DNA of 64,000 bases from an uncultured Syntrophus sp. (GTDB taxonomy: Bacteria > Desulfobacterota > Syntrophia > Syntrophales > UBA8958): NCBI GenBank assembly GCA_964571695.1, contig CAZNDG010000008.1, forward strand, positions 15,492 to 79,491, given 5' to 3'. Shown here in pieces: positions 20,035 to 27,362 of the stretch. The translations under genes were made by a program, and so were the position numbers. The first letter of the stretch is position 1. Every line of letters begins with the position of its first letter. The notes below the pieces were generated by a model. That model ran no database searches, was not told where the DNA came from, and saw only the letters and a program-made list of their open reading frames with translations.

Positions 20035-21345
20035 TCAGGATATCACCGGCGGGCCGCTGACCAGCACCTTGTCGATCCGGTGGCCGTCCATGTCCACGAT
20101 CTCGAACCGCCAGTTGCCCCAGTGAAAGTGATCGCCCGTGGTGGGGATTCGTTCCAGATAGGACATGATGAATCCGGCCAGGGTGTGAAAATCGCCCCTT
20201 ACCTCCGCCGGCAGTTTCTGGATCTTGAAATGGGCCTTGAAGTCGTCTATGGAGAGGGCGCCGTCAACGAGCCAGGAGCCGTCCTCGCGGCGGACGATCT
20301 CCCGGTCCCCCCCCTCGCTCAGGGAGGGTATGTCGCCCACGATCGTCTCGATGACGTCGCTGATGGTCACCAGTCCCTGGATGATGCCGTATTCATCCAC
20401 CACCATGGCCATATGGATGGGGGATGTCTTGAACTGTTCCAGGACCTGCCAGGCGGAGATCGTTTCAGGAAAATAGAGGGGTTTCCGCAGCAGGGGCAGG
20501 AGGTCGGGATCTCCCTTTTCCGGGGTGAGCTCCTGCTTCAGGAGGTCCTTGAGATGGAGAAATCCGATGACCTGATCGAGACTGCCCCGGCCGACGGGGA
20601 AACAGGTGTGTTCACCGGTACGGATGATATCCAGATTTTGGGCGAAGGGCTTCGCGGCATCCAGCCAGAGGACGTCCGGACGGGGAGTCATGAGATCACG
20701 GACGCCCAGATCGTCGATGTGGAAGGCCCGGTGACAGATCTCATGCTCCATGGCATGAAAGATGCCGGCTTCCGCTCCCTCTTCGAGGAGCACCTTTACC
20801 TCTTCCTCCGATACGGAACTTTCCGACTTTTTTATGTTCATGACCTTCAGGAGGGCCTCCGTAGAGATATCGAGAATCCAGACCAGGGGGTAGGCGGCAA
20901 GGGAAAGGTAATAGACCGGGCGTGCGGCCAGGGTGGCGATCCGTTCCGCCTTGAACAGGGCCAGCCGTTTGGGGACCAGCTCCCCCAGGACCAGAGAGAG
21001 ATAGGTGATTGCCAGTACCACCAGGGTGAGGCTGATGGTGTCGCTGTACGGGCGGAGCGCCGGATACTGCTGCAGATAGGCGCTCACGGATTTCGCCACG
21101 GTTGCGCCGCCGTAGGCCCCGGACAGGATGCCGACGAGGGTGATGCCGATCTGGATGGTGGAGAGAAAACTCCCCGGTTCTTCGGCGAGGTTCAGGGCCT
21201 TCTCCGCCCCGGCATCGCCGTTTTCCGCTTCGACCCGGAGCTTGGCCTTGCGGGAAGATACCAGGGCGATCTCCGCCATGGAGAAAGCCCCGTTGATCAG
21301 GACCAGAATCAGCAGAATAATAAGTTCGGCAGGCAGAGAAGACAT
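20035..21345 (-). CDS. CNNM/HlyC-CorC family transporter (DUF21, CBS pair, CorC_HlyC domains)
   Basis: N-terminal DUF21 (LINGAFSMAEIALVSSRK), CBS pair, C-terminal transporter-associated domain (GHRIDKVLV). Confidence 0.8.
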   Translation of the reverse strand: MSSLPAELIILLILVLINGAFSMAEIALVSSRKAKLRVEAENGDAGAEKALNLAEEPGSFLSTIQIGITLVGILSGAYGGATVAKSVSAYLQQYPALRPYSDTISLTLVVLAITYLSLVLGELVPKRLALFKAERIATLAARPVYYLSLAAYPLVWILDISTEALLKVMNIKKSESSVSEEEVKVLLEEGAEAGIFHAMEHEICHRAFHIDDLGVRDLMTPRPDVLWLDAAKPFAQNLDIIRTGEHTCFPVGRGSLDQVIGFLHLKDLLKQELTPEKGDPDLLPLLRKPLYFPETISAWQVLEQFKTSPIHMAMVVDEYGIIQGLVTISDVIETIVGDIPSLSEGGDREIVRREDGSWLVDGALSIDDFKAHFKIQKLPAEVRGDFHTLAGFIMSYLERIPTTGDHFHWGNWRFEIVDMDGHRIDKVLVSGPPVIS

Positions 21346-21383
21346 GAGTTGCGATTTCCGGAATTCAAACGATTGTTACGATC

Positions 21384-21412
21384 AATATAGGCGGCTTTTG
21401 CTATGGAGTCAA
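21384..21412 (-). promoter_or_regulatory. candidate sigma70 promoter of the CorC-family gene
   Basis: On the minus strand: TTGACT (21412-21407), exactly 17-nt spacer, TATATT (21389-21384). About 32-nt leader to the ATG at 21345. Confidence 0.45.
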
Positions 21413-21424
21413 GGAAAGACTCCC

Positions 21425-21452
21425 GCAGGTGACTCCGTCTGGAGTCACCTGC
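21425..21452 (-). terminator. 12-bp perfect-stem hairpin after the lexA/small-ORF unit
   Basis: GCAGGTGACTCC-GTCT-GGAGTCACCTGC. On the minus strand it is followed by GGGAGTCTTTCCTT (partly U-rich). Lies 86 nt downstream of the small-ORF stop. Confidence 0.45.
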
Positions 21453-21537
21453 GAAGGAAGGTATGATCAGGAATGACGGCTTTTCCGCTTTGCCGCCGCG
21501 CCTTCGGGAGGCGGTTCCTGGGATGGCGGGAGGGACC

Positions 21538-21768
21538 TCAATAACGAAGGAACAGAATGGGGAGAAAATAGAGGACCGCCAGGAGAATGACCGCGGCGCA
21601 AAAGGCGTCGAGAGACCTTTCCAGCCCCGTAATGGTCCGCTCCCAGTCATGGCCCCGGAGCCGCCGGAGCAATCTCGCCGGGGAAAGACCGGCCCGGAGA
21701 AGACGATCGTTCCGCGCGGCGGCGGGGAAGCCGTATATGCCGTCTGCGTAAGCGCGTAGTTTCATCAT
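21538..21768 (-). CDS. small hypothetical tail-anchored membrane protein (76 aa) downstream of lexA
   Basis: MMKLRAY...; Arg-rich N-part and a single C-terminal TM (FCAAVILLAVLYFLPILFL). AAAGG SD. 54 nt after the lexA stop, same strand. No family recognised. Confidence 0.4.
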   Translation of the reverse strand: MMKLRAYADGIYGFPAAARNDRLLRAGLSPARLLRRLRGHDWERTITGLERSLDAFCAAVILLAVLYFLPILFLRY

Positions 21769-21822
21769 TGATAGCCTGCCTTTCTCAAATCGCCCCTTCG
21801 ATGTGATCAATGTTCGTCAATT

Positions 21823-22410
21823 TTAGAGGTGATACTTTCTGATTACCGCCGTGACCACGCCCCCCATGAGAAGTTCCGCTTTCGGGATGATGGGGGGGTA
21901 TTTGGGATTGGCCGCCTCGAGGCGGACCTGATTCCCTTGTTTGCGGAAATATTTCATCGTCCAGTCGCCGTCCACTTGGGCAACGACGATGTCCCCGTTT
22001 TTCGGCTCCCGTCCCTTCTCGACGATGACGAGGTCTCCCTCCCGAATGCCCTCGCCGATCATGGAGTCGCCGCTGACCTGGAGGAGGAAGGAGGATTCCG
22101 GCCTGGTCACCAGGTATTCATCGAAAGAGATGATGTCCCGGAGTTCCTCTTCCGCGGGGGAGGGAAAACCGGCGGCCACTTCCCCCACCATGGGAATCCC
22201 CCTGGCCCGCCGCCCCGGCGTCAGGTAGCCCTTGCCGTCCTTCTCCAGCAGGCCGTTTTTTAGCAGCTTGTTGATCCAGAAGTGGACGACGCTTTTGGAG
22301 CGGACCCCCAGGAGCGGAAGCATTTCCGCATAACTGGGCATCCGCCGGTGCCGGCGGTGGAAGTCGTCGATGGCCTCGGCCACGCTGGGGACGGTTCTCT
22401 TCGTTTTCAT
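21823..22410 (-). CDS. lexA: LexA repressor (S24 peptidase)
   Basis: N-terminal winged HTH (MPSYAEMLPLLGVRSKSVVHFWINKL), AAG cleavage-site context (GEVAAGFP), catalytic SGDSM and MKYF Lys. Trimmed to the MKTKR start. Confidence 0.9.
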   Translation of the reverse strand: MKTKRTVPSVAEAIDDFHRRHRRMPSYAEMLPLLGVRSKSVVHFWINKLLKNGLLEKDGKGYLTPGRRARGIPMVGEVAAGFPSPAEEELRDIISFDEYLVTRPESSFLLQVSGDSMIGEGIREGDLVIVEKGREPKNGDIVVAQVDGDWTMKYFRKQGNQVRLEAANPKYPPIIPKAELLMGGVVTAVIRKYHL

Positions 22411-22422
22411 GGCCCCACGGTA

Positions 22423-22438
22423 TAGAACATTCGTTCTA
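22423..22438 (-). promoter_or_regulatory. LexA operator (SOS box) of the GAAC-N4-GTTC type
   Basis: TAGAAC-ATTC-GTTCTA, perfect 6-bp arms, 13-28 nt upstream of the lexA ATG. A TTGACA -35-like hexamer (22445-22440, minus strand) abuts it. Confidence 0.65.
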
Positions 22439-22441
22439 TTG

Positions 22442-24754
22442 TCAAGAGTTTTTTTCGTTATTCTCCTCATGACAGACCCGGTCTTTTCCCAGCTCCTTGG
22501 CCTGGTACATGATCTGGTCGACGCGTTTTACAAAGTCCTTCGGGTCTTCCTGGGTTTGGTATTGGGCAATGCCGATGCTTACCGTCATCCGGATGTTTCC
22601 GTCGGGTGCGGGTGCGAAGGTTTCTTTTTTGAATTCCCTTCTGATTCTCTCCGCGGTAATGATGCCGTCGCTGCCTTTGGTTGAGGGCAGCAGGACGGTA
22701 AATTCTTCGCCGCCGTAACGATACGCGGAATCCGTCTTCCGGAGGCATCGCTTGATCACCTGGCCGAGCCCGCTGATTACCCGGTCCCCCTCGACATGAC
22801 CGTAAGTGTCGTTGAAGGCCTTGAAATTGTCGATATCGAGCAGGATGAGGCTCAGTGGTTCTCCATAGCGGTTGACGCGATCGATCTCCATTTTCAACTG
22901 GCTGTAAAAATAGCGGGAATTGTATAGCTGGGAGAGACTGTCGATGATGCTGAGTTCCCGGTATCTTCTTTCACTTTCCCGCAGTTTTTCTTCCGCCTGT
23001 TTTCTCTGTGTTATATCGAGGAAGGTGACCACGGCCCCGGACACCCCGCCGGCGACGATCTGGGGATAGGAGAAATATTCCACGGGGAAGCTGCCGCCGT
23101 CGGCCTTCCACAACACCTCGTCATCGATCTGCACCCCTTTTCCCTCTCTGAATGACTGGTAGATGCGGCAATCTTCCACCGCCATCGGCGTTCCGTTCGG
23201 ATAGGAATGATGGATGAGGTCGTGCATGTTTTTCCCGAGCAACTGGCCGATATCCTCATATCCCAGGATCCGCAGGCAGGCCTGATTGGCAAAGGTGCAT
23301 TTCCCCTCAAGATCGATGCCGTAGATCGCCTCGGCCGTGGAATTCAGGAGCAGTCGCACCTGCGCTTCCGATGCCTTGAGCTTTTCATTCGCCTCCTTAT
23401 GGTCGATGACCCTCCCCAGATACTCCGCGATCGCATCGATCAGCTTCCTTTCCTCCTCGAGAAACGGTCCATTACCGTCGCCGGACACATCGTTTAGATA
23501 GCAGATCTCCAAGGAGCCCACGGACTCACCTTGCCGGATGATATGGGCCGCCATTCTCCTGGTCGTTTCCTGAAAATTCCCCGTCCGGAATTCCCGCTCC
23601 CGCCAGATGATGCGCGCGCAGGCGGATGCGGAATAATTAAAGCCGCCGGGGATCAACTCGACGCTTTTCCGCAATACGTCCTCAATGGCATCGGTTTTTT
23701 CCACGATCTCGGCGAGGGAATAGAGGCATGTCAATTCCTTGTTGCGTTCCTTCAATTCTTCCTCCGCGGTCCGGCGCTGCGTCACTTCCCTCTCCAGACG
23801 CTCCTTCGCGGCGTTGAGTTCCCCGGTTCGTTCCCGGACCCGGTCCTCCAAGCGATCCCTGCTTATCCGCAATTGCGAGGACATTTCGTTGAACGCCCCG
23901 GCAAGCTCCCGCAATTCCCCGCCGGCGGGCTCCGGGATCTCCTCGCCGAGATGGTCGGCGCTGGCCGCGATCGCTTTCGCCTTGTCGCGGAGCATGGCGA
24001 TCGGTAAAACCAGGAAACGGCGATAGATAAAGCTGTGACCGGCGAAAAGGACGCCGAGAATGGCCGTGAGCACCAGCGCAATCTGAACGAAGGTTCTGTT
24101 CATGCCCTCGTAGGCGGCGGTGAGAGGTATGCGCAGGGATATGGCGCTCACCAGGTCGCCTGCCTTCCGGTTGAAACTCCGCTCGGATCCATAATGCTTG
24201 AGAAGATCGGCGGGGGCGTTGCCGGGGGTGCTGTGACAGCGCAGGCAGGACTCTTCCATGGATTCGCCCCTCCTCAAGACCGCTAAATAAGGCTTGCCGT
24301 CCATGGTCCGCATTTCCGAACGGGACTCCAGCGTCCCGTCGTTTTTCAGGGCCGCCAAAAAGGCCCGCTCGTAATCGTCGGCCTCGTTTTCGGGACTCCG
24401 GGCATCCACCGCGGCGTCCTTGAGATAATATCCGGCCGGGTTGAGCTCCAGGAAGTATTTATGGATGCCCCGGATCGCATAGGTGGAGGACATCCAGGAA
24501 GGATCGAAATATTCGGGGGAGCGAAAAGGCGCGGTCCATTCAAAAAGGCGGGGCTTCAAAACATGGGAAAAATAGGTGTGGGTGGCCAGGTTGCGGTCGA
24601 GGAGAATGCGGGCCTTTGCCTCCGCTTCGACCAACGCCTGCTGTTTCATGCCCTGGTTGACGAGCAGGATGATCATGGCGGTGATGATGAAAAACAGGAT
24701 CCCGAGGGTGGCGGTAATGATTCCGGATAATGTGAGATCGGCGATTTTTTTCAT
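22442..24754 (-). CDS. membrane-bound diguanylate cyclase: DUF3365/Tll0287-like domain with CxxCH, HAMP, GAF, PAS, GGDEF
   Basis: TM anchor; periplasmic region with CLRCHS (c-heme motif); second TM plus HAMP; GAF and PAS regions; C-terminal RKTD-x5-GGEEF (I-site plus A-site). Trimmed to the MKKIADL start at 24754. Confidence 0.8.
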   Translation of the reverse strand: MKKIADLTLSGIITATLGILFFIITAMIILLVNQGMKQQALVEAEAKARILLDRNLATHTYFSHVLKPRLFEWTAPFRSPEYFDPSWMSSTYAIRGIHKYFLELNPAGYYLKDAAVDARSPENEADDYERAFLAALKNDGTLESRSEMRTMDGKPYLAVLRRGESMEESCLRCHSTPGNAPADLLKHYGSERSFNRKAGDLVSAISLRIPLTAAYEGMNRTFVQIALVLTAILGVLFAGHSFIYRRFLVLPIAMLRDKAKAIAASADHLGEEIPEPAGGELRELAGAFNEMSSQLRISRDRLEDRVRERTGELNAAKERLEREVTQRRTAEEELKERNKELTCLYSLAEIVEKTDAIEDVLRKSVELIPGGFNYSASACARIIWREREFRTGNFQETTRRMAAHIIRQGESVGSLEICYLNDVSGDGNGPFLEEERKLIDAIAEYLGRVIDHKEANEKLKASEAQVRLLLNSTAEAIYGIDLEGKCTFANQACLRILGYEDIGQLLGKNMHDLIHHSYPNGTPMAVEDCRIYQSFREGKGVQIDDEVLWKADGGSFPVEYFSYPQIVAGGVSGAVVTFLDITQRKQAEEKLRESERRYRELSIIDSLSQLYNSRYFYSQLKMEIDRVNRYGEPLSLILLDIDNFKAFNDTYGHVEGDRVISGLGQVIKRCLRKTDSAYRYGGEEFTVLLPSTKGSDGIITAERIRREFKKETFAPAPDGNIRMTVSIGIAQYQTQEDPKDFVKRVDQIMYQAKELGKDRVCHEENNEKNS

Positions 24755-24765
24755 GAAATGCCTTC

Positions 24766-25938
24766 TTAACTGTAGAGCAGGTCCATCATGTCGAGCATGG
24801 GCCCGGCCGTCTTGATATCCACGATCTTGATGGAGTTGTGATCTTCCGCACCCAGTTCCTTGCGGAAAGCGGCCAGCTCCCGTCCGTCGGGGCAATAACC
24901 GGAGCCGCCCAGGGTGGTGCAGGCGTAAGAGGCCCAAATTCCCGCTTCCGCCATGGCAACGCGAAAATCTTCAAAAGAGAAGGAGGTGCTTCCCGCCAGC
25001 GCCGAGGCGAGACCGGCGGCAAAGGCATCGCCCGCCCCGGTGGCATCCCGGACCCGTTCCGGCGGCAGCAGGGCCTGGCCGTAAATGAGTCCGTCCTTGC
25101 CGTCGCCATGGACGCCGAGGGCGCCGAAACGACCCATGCTGATGACGGCGTTGATCCGTCGTTCCCGGAACCAGGCGATGATTTTCCGGAGGGAGGGGAG
25201 ACGGCCCGCCGTCTTCATGAGGTTCTTGTATTCCCAGATATTCATTTGCATGACCGAGGTCTTGCGGATGGCATCCTCCCAGAATGCGATGCCCAGCTCG
25301 ATCTGGCTGTGACCGAGATTGAGAAAAACGGGCGCCTTTCCCTGCCAGTAATCGATGATGAAACGGGTGCATTCGCCGGGAACATGGGGATGACCGTTGC
25401 TCTTGTCGCCGTAGATGTGGCCGACGATCACCCCTCCCGGTACGATGCCGAGCCCGTGCTCGATGTCATGAAAGCGTTTTTTTAGGTGCTTACGGAAGTC
25501 GTTTCCCTCGACGAATTTTTCCGAAAATACCGTCGTTTGTCCCTGATTGACAAGGAGAGTCGAACGGGGAGTGGCGAGGCGGGAGACAAAGAACTTCCGG
25601 GGGGAGAGGAACTTGGCCAGTTCCGGCCGGTCGGTGATCTTGCCGGCGGCGGTGGAGATGCTGTCCCGGATCAATCTGCCCCGGCCGTCGTTGCCCACGG
25701 GCAGGATAGGCAAAACCGGGTATCCGGCGGCAAGGAGACGAAGAGTATAGTTCAGGCCGCTGCCCCCGAGGCTCTCCTCCTGCCGGACGATCTGCTTGCG
25801 TCCGATCTGCAGGGGGGCGTCACAGCGGACAATGCTTTCGATGGCCCCGCTGCCGATGGCGATTACCGGCGCAGGCGTTTCCGTCCGCGGCGGCATTGAT
25901 TTTTCCGACGTTTTTGTTGAGCGGCGCGACGAAGTCAT
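24766..25938 (-). CDS. PfkB-family carbohydrate kinase
   Basis: C-terminal DATGAGDAFAAGL signature and a ribokinase-like fold pattern. ATG 25938 has a GAGGGA SD; an alternative start exists at 25896. Confidence 0.7.
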   Translation of the reverse strand: MTSSRRSTKTSEKSMPPRTETPAPVIAIGSGAIESIVRCDAPLQIGRKQIVRQEESLGGSGLNYTLRLLAAGYPVLPILPVGNDGRGRLIRDSISTAAGKITDRPELAKFLSPRKFFVSRLATPRSTLLVNQGQTTVFSEKFVEGNDFRKHLKKRFHDIEHGLGIVPGGVIVGHIYGDKSNGHPHVPGECTRFIIDYWQGKAPVFLNLGHSQIELGIAFWEDAIRKTSVMQMNIWEYKNLMKTAGRLPSLRKIIAWFRERRINAVISMGRFGALGVHGDGKDGLIYGQALLPPERVRDATGAGDAFAAGLASALAGSTSFSFEDFRVAMAEAGIWASYACTTLGGSGYCPDGRELAAFRKELGAEDHNSIKIVDIKTAGPMLDMMDLLYS

Positions 25939-25952
25939 TCCCGTCCCTCTTA

Positions 25953-25975
25953 AGTAATTTCACTCAAGTCACTTC
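25953..25975. repeat. 23-bp repeat unit 1 (contains TTCAC-TCAA-GTCAC)
   Basis: AGTAATTTCACTCAAGTCACTTC; 20/23 identical to 26015-26037, 62 bp away. Lies in the nagB-like/PfkB intergenic region. Confidence 0.6.
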
Positions 25976-26014
25976 TTGATACGGGGCCGCCAACGGCGGT
26001 ATGGGACGCTTCCG

Positions 26015-26037
26015 AGTAACTTAACTCAAGTCACTCC
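26015..26037. repeat. 23-bp repeat unit 2 (contains TTAAC-TCAA-GTCAC)
   Basis: AGTAACTTAACTCAAGTCACTCC. With the preceding G it reads as an imperfect palindrome (18/23 self-complementary by hand count). Confidence 0.6.
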
Positions 26038-26076
26038 AGGGTAGGCGCCCCAGGAGGCGTGGGTCGCCATTCAGGC

Positions 26077-26113
26077 AAACAAACACCCTGACGGCCCGCC
26101 GCCCGCCGCCGTC
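26077..26113 (-). terminator. possible intrinsic terminator after the nagB-like gene
   Basis: Minus strand: GACGGC...GCCGTC 6-bp stem with a GC-rich loop, followed by AGGGTGTTTGTTTG. Weak. Confidence 0.3.
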
Positions 26114-26153
26114 TTCCTTTCATCTTCACGGCATCGGCGCTCCGTAATTTCTC

Positions 26154-27116
26154 TTATCCGGTCAAATCCTCGATCTCGACGTTCCGGCTTTTGATCCGGT
26201 CCGCCTGAGCCAGGACGTTTGTCGCCGCCTCCCGGTCCAGGACATAGATCATCTCCCCGCCCCGGTCGGCCAGAACCTTCCCGTAGGAAATGGGCACCTG
26301 ATCGTTGACGTCGCCCAGAAGGGAGGCGGCCACCGGTTCCGCCTTGCGTTTGCCGTTGGCGAGGAGCAACACCTCTTTGGCTTCATAGACCAGCTCCGCG
26401 CCCATGGAGACGGCGAAGCGGGGGCTCTCCTCCCGGTGCGGGAAGTGCCCGTCGGCCACGGCGTTGTCGATGGTGTTGTCGTCCAACTGGACGAGGAGCA
26501 TGCGGTTGCCGGCAAAGGGAATGCCCGCCTCGTGGAAGGCCACGTGGCCCCGGCCGCCCACGCCTATGATGTGCAGGTCGATGCCGCCGGCCGCGGCGAT
26601 CTTCCGTTCATAGGCAGTTAGGATGTCGTTCCTGATCCAGCGCAGATAATCCGACGCGGCATCCGGGCGGATGACGATGGCCTTTCCCTTGTCCGCGCCC
26701 TGCTTTTCCCAGTCGCCGTGGTAGGCGTCCAGCTCCGCCTCCAGCCGCTCCTGGTCGATGAGGGCGCCCCAGGGGACGTAGGTGGCCCGGAAATTTTCCC
26801 GAAGGAGCCCGAAGAGTTCCCGGATCATGAAGAAGGAATAGCTTTCCGGATGCAGCGCCCGCTGCTGGGCATTTTCTCCCGGCAGGCCGATGTATTCGTC
26901 GAGGTTGAAACTGGTTATTTTAGCGGCGGTAAAGGCGCCGCCGCTGGCCGCTTTGGCCAGATGCTTGTAAAGGCCCGTAGGCGTGTTTCCCGTCGCCAAC
27001 CCCAGGACGAAACGGTCCCGGCGGTTAAGGACCTTGCGGATGCTCCCGGCGACGATATCCGCGCCGACCGCGCTCATGTGTTCAAAATCTCTGGTGATAA
27101 TTACTTTGCAAGGCAT
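26154..27116 (-). CDS. nagB: glucosamine-6-phosphate deaminase/isomerase family protein (long NagB-like)
   Basis: LGLATGNTP, FNLDEY and IGVGGRGHVAFHEAG motifs typical of NagB/6-phosphogluconolactonase-fold enzymes. Trimmed to the MPCKVII start with an AAGGAGAA SD. Confidence 0.65.
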   Translation of the reverse strand: MPCKVIITRDFEHMSAVGADIVAGSIRKVLNRRDRFVLGLATGNTPTGLYKHLAKAASGGAFTAAKITSFNLDEYIGLPGENAQQRALHPESYSFFMIRELFGLLRENFRATYVPWGALIDQERLEAELDAYHGDWEKQGADKGKAIVIRPDAASDYLRWIRNDILTAYERKIAAAGGIDLHIIGVGGRGHVAFHEAGIPFAGNRMLLVQLDDNTIDNAVADGHFPHREESPRFAVSMGAELVYEAKEVLLLANGKRKAEPVAASLLGDVNDQVPISYGKVLADRGGEMIYVLDREAATNVLAQADRIKSRNVEIEDLTG

Positions 27117-27162
27117 GGCTTCTCCTTCTATCGTGATCGGTGGGTGATGCCTAAATAGTAAT

Positions 27163-27328
27163 AGGGTTTTGCATAATTGCGGAAAAATGGTTCGCAAGCG
27201 GCGAATCAAATGTTTTCACCGTTTTCTTGATCGAACTTAACGCCCGGTAATGAATAAGATTTATACTTTATCCATTGAGAATCGGAAAAGATTTCTGAGC
27301 CGCGGCGAAGCCATTTTTCAAAGATCTC
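27163..27328 (+). mobile_element. 166-bp palindromic MITE-like element, copy B (most diverged)
   Basis: 145/166 identical, gap-free, to copy A. The inner arm blocks are identical and substitutions cluster in the centre. Flanks are AGTAAT (27157-27162) and AGTATG (27329-27334). Confidence 0.7.
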
Positions 27329-27362
27329 AGTATGTAAACAGTGCGTACCCGGTCTCTCGCGG

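Noticed and set aside
21367-21378. AAAC-GATT-GTTA, a degenerate GAAC-N4-GTTC-like sequence upstream of the CorC-family gene
   Set aside because: It has two core mismatches and lies downstream of the predicted TSS. This is not enough to call a second LexA box.
18547-21390. 947-aa ORF on the plus strand
   Set aside because: It is antisense to the ACP, FabH-like and CorC-family genes. No motifs are seen and the composition is shadow-ORF-like. The same reasoning applies to 1670-3340(-), 9208-10554(-), 13563-14738(+), 27636-28748(+), 29556-30557(+), 32048-33268(+), 34518-35522(+), 36993-38195(-), 41360-42334(-), 44482-45528(-), 52470-53618(-) and 59474-61063(-).
21405-21452. Two adjacent hairpins sharing GGAGTC/GACTCC that could pair alternatively (riboswitch- or attenuator-like)
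   Set aside because: A simpler explanation fits. The 12-bp stem is the terminator of the lexA unit, and the smaller repeat overlaps the -35 (TTGACT) of a well-spaced promoter for the CorC-family gene.
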